Source: a virus
Taxonomy: Duplodnaviria > Caudoviricetes
DNA: 64,000 nucleotides
Virus record (IMG/VR): IMGVR_UViG_3300016744_000001
Direction: 5' to 3' (one strand)
Positions 57,057 through 64,000 of this stretch are shown piece by piece (position 1 is the stretch's first letter; every line of letters starts with the position of its first letter). Below the pieces are notes generated by a model. It saw nothing but the letters and a program-made list of their open reading frames with translations, was not told where the DNA came from and did not search any database. The translations under genes and the position numbers were made by a program.

Positions 57057-58649
57057 ATGGCGCGTAAAGGATCAGCAGTAGAACAGTTCTTTTTTCAGGC
57101 GAACAGTGCTCTTGGGAAAGGAATGGAACAGGCATTCCAAGCAGCAATCAATTTTGTTGCAGGGATCGATTACAGCAACATCGCCGATAAAGACAAGGTT
57201 GGTTATCGGCGTACACAGACGCACAACTATGCCAGGATGACTCTGTTCCCAGCATTGCAGAAAGTCATCCGTGACACCACCAATCTTGAAATTGATAAGG
57301 TGGTTGATGTCAATCGCTTTTGCGGGTACTTCGCCATTGACATCGGACTGGATGCCTACGAAGAGGTCATCGCTATTCTTCAGAACCAGAGTGGCACTGG
57401 TGTAAAGCCAACTCCTCTGGACGAAACCGCAAAAGAAATCGCTGACTTTGCTGAAAAGGTTGATCAGGTCAATGCGAAACTGACTGCAACCTTGTTTGGT
57501 AAAGGGCTAAGCCGGAAGATTTCAGCGACGTTGTTCATGGATGTTGACATGGCCCTTTTGATGCAGGACAACTTGCCAGTTGACTATGTTGACTCGTTTA
57601 CAGCATCTGAGCTGACTGGCATCTACCTGCATGAAGTCGGTCACATGCTGACAATGCTGTATCAAGCAGCCAACAGCTACGCTGAGGTTGAAACGATTCG
57701 TGGGCATCTGAAGTCGTTCCAATCAGTTGCCGGTGACCCCAAGAAGTTTGTCGAAGTATACACCAAGGCAGTGCGACCAATGCTGGCTGATGGTGTGACC
57801 AAGAAAACCGTCAACCCAGAGATCTTGGACAAGTCCGATAAGCTGATAGAATCTGTCAAGTACTATGAGCAAGCCAAGACCGATGATTGGGGTTGGGGAA
57901 CAGCTGAGCTCGTCTGGCAACTATTCTCAAAGTACATGATGATCTACTGCATGATCTGGTCCAGAATCATCATGATGAACTTTATCCTGCCGTTCTATTG
58001 GATTGCCACTTGGTTCATTGGCAATCCAGGTGACAAAGGAAAAGTATCTGATGTTGGTAATTCGCCCAGAGCCTTTTATCGTGTTGAACGAATGGCCGAC
58101 GATTTTGCGGCCAAGCAAGGCTACGGTGGACAGCTGGCACAAGGACTGAGTAAGCTGCTTAAAGCAATTGAAGCAGCTGAGACGATGACCTTTGCTGGCA
58201 ATAAAGTGCACACCTACACCTTGCGCAAAAGTAAAGTGTTCATGTACACCCTCAAGTTCATTGTGGGATATCGTGCGGCACTCCGAATCAACGGTGAAAA
58301 GATCACTCGTGACTTCATGGGACATTCGAACTATGAAGCTGACACTGACAGGTTGCTCCGTGTGATCCAACAAATCACCGCCGCCTTCAAGAATGACCTG
58401 CCGCGTGAATTGTCCAACCATTACCTTGGTGAGTTGGCAGCAGCAAAAGCAGCTCTTGAAGACACCAAGTCTAAGACAAGAGCTATCTCTGACTTTATCT
58501 GGAAGTACTTTCTGGATACCGAGCAAGTACTTGGTCGTCTTCTTCAGACTGACCAACCAAAAGAAATTGAGCAGATGCTCAATGAACTGGACACAGTCAT
58601 CAACAATGAACTGTATGTCCGGGCTGCAGAATTCAAACACATGCGTTAG
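57057..58649 (+). CDS. virion protein with M48-like metallopeptidase motif
   Basis: ELTGIYLHEVGH ... ERMADDFAAKQGYG; hydrophobic central helices. Confidence 0.7.
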   Translation: MARKGSAVEQFFFQANSALGKGMEQAFQAAINFVAGIDYSNIADKDKVGYRRTQTHNYARMTLFPALQKVIRDTTNLEIDKVVDVNRFCGYFAIDIGLDAYEEVIAILQNQSGTGVKPTPLDETAKEIADFAEKVDQVNAKLTATLFGKGLSRKISATLFMDVDMALLMQDNLPVDYVDSFTASELTGIYLHEVGHMLTMLYQAANSYAEVETIRGHLKSFQSVAGDPKKFVEVYTKAVRPMLADGVTKKTVNPEILDKSDKLIESVKYYEQAKTDDWGWGTAELVWQLFSKYMMIYCMIWSRIIMMNFILPFYWIATWFIGNPGDKGKVSDVGNSPRAFYRVERMADDFAAKQGYGGQLAQGLSKLLKAIEAAETMTFAGNKVHTYTLRKSKVFMYTLKFIVGYRAALRINGEKITRDFMGHSNYEADTDRLLRVIQQITAAFKNDLPRELSNHYLGELAAAKAALEDTKSKTRAISDFIWKYFLDTEQVLGRLLQTDQPKEIEQMLNELDTVINNELYVRAAEFKHMR

Positions 58650-58652
58650 CAG

Positions 58653-58684
58653 GATAGACCAGAGGGGAAACCCTCTGGTCTATC
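58653..58684. terminator. 14-bp perfect hairpin with GAAA loop
   Basis: gatagaccagaggg-gaaa-ccctctggtctatc. Confidence 0.65.
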
Positions 58685-58710
58685 AGTGTGAATTGAAGAA
58701 AAAATAAGTG

Positions 58711-58718
58711 CATATTAC
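58711..58718 (+). promoter_or_regulatory. putative early promoter CATATTAC
   Basis: motif variant after an A-tract, upstream of the 58767 gene. Confidence 0.45.
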
Positions 58719-58766
58719 TAAACTGTACGAGGGTATAAAAATAAAAACAAAGGAGAATCCTTTACT

Positions 58767-59300
58767 ATGAAAAGAGCAAACGTTTCAGTGTTGGATGTCG
58801 TCAAAATACTCAAAACCATTCCCGTCGGCAACATCATGTCTTACGCCGACTTCACCAAGAAGACTGGGCTCAACCCTCAGTCCCAAGAAGGTTACTACGT
58901 CCTGCATCAGGCATACTCACTGATGCTGAGCGACCACAAGCAGATGTACGCTGCAGTGCGTGGCCGTGGCATCAAACATCTGACCAAGGCAGAGATGTTC
59001 ACAAAGGCACAGAACATCGTTGGCCAGGTGAAAGCCAAGGCTGAAAAGATGACCGATGTCTTGGATGCCGTAGAGATCACCGACTTGCCGACCAGCTATC
59101 ATCAGCGTTATCGCGCTGCAGTGGCAATCAGCAAGATGCTCACCCAGTGCGCAGCTGATGAAACCACTGCCGAGATCAACAAGATGATCGCCAATGGTAA
59201 TCCCATCCCGGGTTTCTATGAGATCGTCAGGACCATCCACAACTACTCGGTCAAGAAAGAAAACGACCGCCGCAACAATCGCCTCGACGCCACGCATTAA
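58767..59300 (+). CDS. hypothetical (possibly DNA-binding) early protein
   Basis: SD AAGGAG; basic; 177 aa. Confidence 0.75.
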   Translation: MKRANVSVLDVVKILKTIPVGNIMSYADFTKKTGLNPQSQEGYYVLHQAYSLMLSDHKQMYAAVRGRGIKHLTKAEMFTKAQNIVGQVKAKAEKMTDVLDAVEITDLPTSYHQRYRAAVAISKMLTQCAADETTAEINKMIANGNPIPGFYEIVRTIHNYSVKKENDRRNNRLDATH

Positions 59301-59304
59301 GAAA

Positions 59305-59499
59305 CATATTTTCGGTTAAGGTCCCGGTTATTAATCTGAGATAAAGGTTGAAATATGAAGAACGGCTGGGTCATCGTTCTACTGCCGCTTCTCGTATAGA
59401 TCATTACTGATCTGCGGCACTAGATTTTATAGCGATAAAAGCTATAAGATCCCCAAGTTCGGATAATGAGGGAGAGCAGCCTTGTGGTTGCCCTCCCTC
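59305..59499 (+). ncRNA. multi-hairpin 3'-trailer RNA containing a micro-ORF, ending in a terminator
   Basis: stems catattt/aaatatg, agaacg/cgttct, tgccgc..agatca/tgatctgcggca, gattttatagc/gctataagatc; terminator 59468-59499. Confidence 0.5.
59355..59399 (+). CDS. putative hydrophobic micropeptide MKNGWVIVLLPLLV
   Basis: AAAGG SD; homologous to the ORF at 55885. Confidence 0.4.
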   Translation: MKNGWVIVLLPLLV

Positions 59500-59527
59500 G
59501 TATTTAATTTTTGCATTGGAGGACAAG

Positions 59528-60376
59528 ATGTTGAATGGCATGGAAGACATGATGCACGATATGAAACTGGATGGAAAACCCATTCAGGTCACCCAAGAAT
59601 GGACTCCCTATAATCCATTCACGATGCCTTTTAAAAACAACACCTGGGAGTTTACCCCAGTTACGGACTGGCTTAAGTGGTACAATAAGCAGATGCTTGG
59701 TTATCCTGGGTTGTCAATCAAGAACTATTTGACCATGGATGCGGAACTCCTGAAAAATGATCTTGACAATCGTCTCAGGTCTGGTGATGAGTTTGACTTC
59801 ATGCAGACACTGTTCCAGTTGGTTAAGCATGCTGGCAACCCTGGCGCTCAGCTTGTCTACCAGATGCCAGTAGACTTCTATCGGGAGTTTGTCCAGAACT
59901 CCCTTTCTTTGGATGAAAAGATTAAAGAGTTCTTTCTTGAGATCAAACAGGGGTACGTTTGGGCGTACACCATTCTGGATATTGCCCCTGTGCACAAGTA
60001 CACATCACCTTTTAGTCGGGGAATGACAGAATCCCAGCCAAACCAGAACGTGGTGTACCTGCACAATTTCAAACTTATGTGCATGTACTTTCTGCAAGAA
60101 CTGCTTCGTCGGAAAGCTCCATGCACAACAGTTGAGCTGTACAAGATTTATGGGATTGCACAAGCCAACTACTGGAACAATGTTTTTGGCACTGTGCAAA
60201 GTAGCGATGACCAGTACCCCTTGGAAGACGTTGCTACTTACAATCATCATGCCAAGGATAATCCCCGGTGGCTCAGCAATTGTTTTGAAAATTTCATCTT
60301 TGATGGGCGTCAAGTGATCCTTCAGAATCACTTCGCACCTATCAATGAGATCCTTACTGAGGAGATCGAATGGTAA
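59528..60376 (+). CDS. hypothetical protein
   Basis: SD GGAGG; 282 aa. Confidence 0.75.
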   Translation: MLNGMEDMMHDMKLDGKPIQVTQEWTPYNPFTMPFKNNTWEFTPVTDWLKWYNKQMLGYPGLSIKNYLTMDAELLKNDLDNRLRSGDEFDFMQTLFQLVKHAGNPGAQLVYQMPVDFYREFVQNSLSLDEKIKEFFLEIKQGYVWAYTILDIAPVHKYTSPFSRGMTESQPNQNVVYLHNFKLMCMYFLQELLRRKAPCTTVELYKIYGIAQANYWNNVFGTVQSSDDQYPLEDVATYNHHAKDNPRWLSNCFENFIFDGRQVILQNHFAPINEILTEEIEW

Positions 60377-60666
60377 TCAATTTTGTTGACCACAAAGTTG
60401 AAGAGACCGCCAAACAGCTCTATGCTGAATTGAAACCACGTGAGAATGATCAGATCAAGTTTTCATTCACTGACGATCCAATTGATCCCTCAGTGGTGAT
60501 GCGAGAAATAGACAATACTCATGTGGTCTACTTGCAAGCGTACGTTCGTGAGCTGATGGCTAAAAATGGTACGAGGATCGTTCCTAAGCACGATGAATTG
60601 ATTACACGACTCTTTCTTCGTTACGCTAGGTTCGTTAGCGTAAAACGTGTTTTCGTGGCATTTTGA
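60370..60666 (+). CDS. hypothetical protein
   Basis: SD GAGGAG; overlaps the upstream stop. Confidence 0.7.
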   Translation: MVINFVDHKVEETAKQLYAELKPRENDQIKFSFTDDPIDPSVVMREIDNTHVVYLQAYVRELMAKNGTRIVPKHDELITRLFLRYARFVSVKRVFVAF

Positions 60667-60672
60667 AGCATG

Positions 60673-60708
60673 CTCTATCTACCCCACCAATTGGTGGGGT
60701 AGATAGAG
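60673..60708. terminator. 36-bp perfect palindrome between convergent genes
   Basis: ctctatctaccccaccaattggtggggtagatagag. Confidence 0.7.
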
Positions 60709-60729
60709 ATTTAAGGAGTGTTTATTTTT

Positions 60730-61146
60730 TTAGCCAGCTGGATAACCGGCAACGAATCCATGTGACTGAAGCAGATCAATCACGGTCTGGCCATCGATCT
60801 CTTTCTCACGATTGTACACCGTGATGTTGAACGACTGCTTTGGATTGATCACCTTCACACTGGCAGGAGCAATCCACTCGATCGCTCTGACCACGTTCAT
60901 GACCTGACCATCCTGCTGGTATTCCAGTGTCAGATAAGTCAGTTCAGTGTACGGAGCCATACTGGTCAGTGTCTTGGCCACTTCACGATAGTAAGGAACG
61001 AGATCACCTTCGATTGCCCGTACCAATGAGTACGTTCCGCGACCGATGATTTTGCCTTCATACACCGTCTGGTCAGACGGATGCACACAAGTAAACGAAA
61101 CGTTCGTCCCAAGGGGCAACGTTGTGAGATCAACAAGATCTGCCAT
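60730..61146 (-). CDS. phiKZ-like SH3-fold protein
   Basis: GTNVSF...YEGKIIG...Y...EWI...SVKV pattern recalled from phiKZ-like SH3 beta-barrel proteins. Confidence 0.55.
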   Translation of the reverse strand: MADLVDLTTLPLGTNVSFTCVHPSDQTVYEGKIIGRGTYSLVRAIEGDLVPYYREVAKTLTSMAPYTELTYLTLEYQQDGQVMNVVRAIEWIAPASVKVINPKQSFNITVYNREKEIDGQTVIDLLQSHGFVAGYPAG

Positions 61147-61157
61147 GAGTCATACCT

Positions 61158-63263
61158 CTATGCTTGTTTGTTCTGGTTGGTGTCCCATACTGTACCGATC
61201 GCAATCAGGTTGTCGATCAGACCGAAACGCAGAGCCACTTCACGCAGACGATCAAACAGCACATCGAACAGGTTGCCGACTTGTGCAGGCGGGGCAATGA
61301 GCATGCCTGACTCCAACTGCTCAGCAAGTTTGGTATAACCACCTTCAGATGCCACCACATCCGTCAATGTCCTGAAGTCCTGAAGTTCAGGAAGTTCAGG
61401 AATCCCAAGGCAATGAGTGATTGCGGCATCAGGGTTGATGTAGGAGAAAGCGTTGAACGGACGGGGACCCTTGCTGGCGATGTGATAGAAGTCGTAATAC
61501 CCAAACTGACGACTTCCTACATTGTCCATGAAGTCATCGTTCGGTTCAATCTTGTTGGCAAGCGAACCGAAGATGGCATAGCACAGGTCACGCGCCGCCT
61601 GAAAGAAGCACGATGCATAGACTTCACAGCAATTGCTGGTTGGTCGCGATACACCACTGCGGCCACAGATGAGTTGCGAGTATACCAATCTGACTGCACT
61701 GTACAGTTTCTGCGGACCATTCAAGAAGATACCATGGTTGACCGCTGCCAGTGCCGACTTGGAAGCGTCATCAAGGACGTGTTCAAGCATCTGCTGGTCA
61801 TGCTGTTTGCCGCCAACCGTCAGATACCAGTCACGTTTCACCTTCATGATGATCAAGGCCTTGTTCAGATCTTTGATCACTGTCTCGTTGCCACGTTCAC
61901 CAACTGCCTGCTCCTTTTCAAGGGCATCGTTGAAGAACGCTTTCCAGTCAGTGTAGTACTTGTAAGCTTCAGGATACTTTTCACCGGGGTGAACATTGGA
62001 AAGCTTGTCTTCTTCCGTGCAGCAATCCAAGTATGGGACGACATTGTCGATGTAGCATTCATGGAAGTCGACCTTGATGTCACCTTTGATGATAAACCGT
62101 TCAGCACTGATGAAGTCAGATTCACAGACGGTGTTGTTGGTGTACGGCGGAACATTGGCTTTGGCACTGAGGGCATCCATGGAGTACATGAATTCAGTAC
62201 CGTAGCCGATGGGTTTCTGGTACTGAGCAACAAAAAGTTCCAGCCCACTCTTTCGGCACAAGTCGCACATCGCCGAGCAGAAATCTGAGTCATGTCCGTT
62301 ACTCTGGCTGGGGAACAAGACAACCAGTCCTTCAGGTTTGGTCTTTTCTTGTTCAGCTTTGTCGATCTGCTGAGCAAGGTAGGTCTGCAGCGCAATTGTT
62401 GTCAGACTGTCACGAACTATGCCTGTGCGCAGGACCAAGATGTTGGCATTCTTGCGTTCGAATGCACGACCGAGATCGACATTGCACAGTTCAGGAGTGA
62501 TGATGTCCACAGAGTACCGGGCGTGGTACGCACTCTGGACCGCCTTGACAGCGCATTCATCCGTTTCCCGATATGGATACTTCTGGCTGATCGCTGTCTG
62601 CCACACTTCTTCAGGCATGTTGGCGAAGATCTCGCTGACAGCTTCAGCAACCTGCTGATTGCCAGCTGAGGCAGTGTAGGCTTGCAAGTAGGCAAGGAAC
62701 TTTGCTGCCGACTGGCGTGTGAACTTGGGTTCACTGTTTTCATTCTGTAGTGTGGTCAGGGTGTCGATGGTGATCTTCTTGTTGTCCAGTTCTTCAACCA
62801 GCAACTTGGTGAAGATCTTGAAGTTCTTTTCAAGATCCGTGATCGACCAGTCATCGAGTTTGTGACGTTCCTTGAGCAAGTAGACCACAAACGAAGCGGT
62901 GAAGATCATGCTTGAGGTGGTACCGTCACCACAACAGGCATCGATCCTGCGGCCCATGAAGGCAAGCAGCTTGTCTTTGATGTACCGCTGGATGGTGGAC
63001 ATGTACGAAATATTGGACAAGCAATGGATGCCGTCGCGAGTAAATGCTTCCACACCACTGCAACCGCCGGTGATGTCGGTGTTGAGACCATCGTTCAGCG
63101 TGGAGTTGTTGTACAGGATAAACGAGTTGCGAGAGGTGGGGCCAGAGATACTCAGCAACTGCTGGACCAGTTCACTGAGGGTTTTGATGGTTACGTCAGC
63201 AAGGTCATCTTTGCTGACAACGTTCTTGAGATCTTTATCACTGTTCAGAACTACACGGGACAT
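61158..63263 (-). CDS. groEL: divergent GroEL-like phage chaperonin
   Basis: SGPTSRN, TRDG, GDGTTS, LTVGG...DDA...AAVNHG; SD AAGGAG. Confidence 0.8.
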   Translation of the reverse strand: MSRVVLNSDKDLKNVVSKDDLADVTIKTLSELVQQLLSISGPTSRNSFILYNNSTLNDGLNTDITGGCSGVEAFTRDGIHCLSNISYMSTIQRYIKDKLLAFMGRRIDACCGDGTTSSMIFTASFVVYLLKERHKLDDWSITDLEKNFKIFTKLLVEELDNKKITIDTLTTLQNENSEPKFTRQSAAKFLAYLQAYTASAGNQQVAEAVSEIFANMPEEVWQTAISQKYPYRETDECAVKAVQSAYHARYSVDIITPELCNVDLGRAFERKNANILVLRTGIVRDSLTTIALQTYLAQQIDKAEQEKTKPEGLVVLFPSQSNGHDSDFCSAMCDLCRKSGLELFVAQYQKPIGYGTEFMYSMDALSAKANVPPYTNNTVCESDFISAERFIIKGDIKVDFHECYIDNVVPYLDCCTEEDKLSNVHPGEKYPEAYKYYTDWKAFFNDALEKEQAVGERGNETVIKDLNKALIIMKVKRDWYLTVGGKQHDQQMLEHVLDDASKSALAAVNHGIFLNGPQKLYSAVRLVYSQLICGRSGVSRPTSNCCEVYASCFFQAARDLCYAIFGSLANKIEPNDDFMDNVGSRQFGYYDFYHIASKGPRPFNAFSYINPDAAITHCLGIPELPELQDFRTLTDVVASEGGYTKLAEQLESGMLIAPPAQVGNLFDVLFDRLREVALRFGLIDNLIAIGTVWDTNQNKQA

Positions 63264-63281
63264 GACTACTCCTTTAAAGTA

Positions 63282-63311
63282 AGCAAGAGGGTGGTCAAAC
63301 ACCCTCTTGCT
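63282..63311. terminator. 12-bp perfect hairpin
   Basis: agcaagagggtg-gtcaaa-caccctcttgct. Confidence 0.55.
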
Positions 63312-63321
63312 GTAAGCATGA

Positions 63322-63744
63322 TTAGCGACCTTTGAGTTTCTTGGCCAAATCAGCACTACGCATCAGTTCATCAACAGCATCCTGTTCCGCTGGTTTGTGT
63401 TCTGCATACGCCTTTTCAATGAACCCAAATGTCGCAAGATCCAATCCCATGAAATCCTCCAGACTCATGCCAAGTTTCTGGCAGATGTCTGAACTCAAAC
63501 ACAGGTGAAGAACTTTCCTTAGGTAGGAAAACTCTGGTTGCAACTTTTGGTAATCCTTGGTGACATGATACATCATACCTGAACCATTCGGAATTCGGAC
63601 GTCTTGATTGAAGGCATAACTTTCATTGAAAAAGTTAATTGCCACAGAGCGATTGATGCCGGTCATACTACCAAGCTGTGCTAACAGTGATTGATGAAGT
63701 TCACCATACGTTTGCACATCTTCCACCCCAGTGTCATGAAACAC
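63322..63744 (-). CDS. hypothetical protein (start uncertain)
   Basis: open frame; ICQKLGMSLEDFMGL motif; candidate GTG start at 63744. Confidence 0.55.
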   Translation of the reverse strand: MFHDTGVEDVQTYGELHQSLLAQLGSMTGINRSVAINFFNESYAFNQDVRIPNGSGMMYHVTKDYQKLQPEFSYLRKVLHLCLSSDICQKLGMSLEDFMGLDLATFGFIEKAYAEHKPAEQDAVDELMRSADLAKKLKGR

Positions 63745-63761
63745 ATCTTGGACGTATCTCC

Positions 63762-64000
63762 CTACCGGGGTATGCGAGAGGTCGCCCACTGGAAAAAAGC
63801 GTATTCGGGATCGCAAGCGATAAGCCGATTGATCGCTTCTTTCGGGTACTTGCCACAAACGGGGCAAGGATGATGAGCAAAGCAGATGTGTGTGATCGTC
63901 TTGGATGAGATAAACTCAACGATCTTGTCACCCAAGCTCAAGCCGGGCAGCAGCTGCAGGTTGTCCAAAGCATTTGCCAAAGCAGCGCCATCCTTAAAGT
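63762..64000 (-). CDS. C-terminus of a putative baseplate hub/assembly protein with CxxC (5' truncated by the window)
   Basis: frame open to the window edge; PCPVCGK...DPEYAFF. Confidence 0.5.
   Translation of the reverse strand, partial: FKDGAALANALDNLQLLPGLSLGDKIVEFISSKTITHICFAHHPCPVCGKYPKEAINRLIACDPEYAFFQWATSRIPR

Noticed and set aside
1-64000. Stop-codon reassignment
   Set aside because: Long genes are intact in code 11; TAA, TAG and TGA all end genes next to terminators or coupled starts; no suppressor tRNA.

Overview
This 64 kb window looks like part of a phiKZ-like jumbo phage genome (Chimalliviridae-like). It encodes two virion-type multisubunit RNA polymerase subunits: a beta'-like subunit with NADFDGD at 23286-25499 and a large beta-like subunit at 35446-40086. 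It also has a 2270-aa tape-measure/tail-tip protein with a C-terminal lysozyme-like domain, a block of baseplate and inner-head proteins (about 41-58.6 kb) and a divergent GroEL-like chaperonin. The left 23 kb is accessory and metabolic: three tRNAs, an acyl carrier protein, a full-length methyl-accepting chemotaxis receptor of Desulfovibrio type (suggesting a sulfate-reducing host), an SPFH protein, a MoxR-AAA+/VWA-like pair, a DHH phosphoesterase, dCMP deaminase, ThyX, a tandem paralogue trio and two HExxH proteins. About two dozen long, near-perfect palindromes, mostly without U-tracts, mark transcription-unit ends, and a TATATTAC-like early promoter motif recurs. The most unusual signals are: (i) strand-specific multi-hairpin RNAs placed between a stop codon and the terminator, one exposing several anti-Shine-Dalgarno loops including an exact 16S-like ACCUCCUU; (ii) a ~175-aa zincin (HExxH...E) domain inserted in the catalytic RNAP subunit; (iii) two homologous micro-ORFs (MKGWPLLG and MKNGWVIVLLPLLV); (iv) a phage-borne chemoreceptor; and (v) a prfB-like CTT-TGA-C +1 frameshift candidate. 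All calls were made by eye. Correspondences to phiKZ gp numbers come from recalled motifs and need HMM or structure confirmation.
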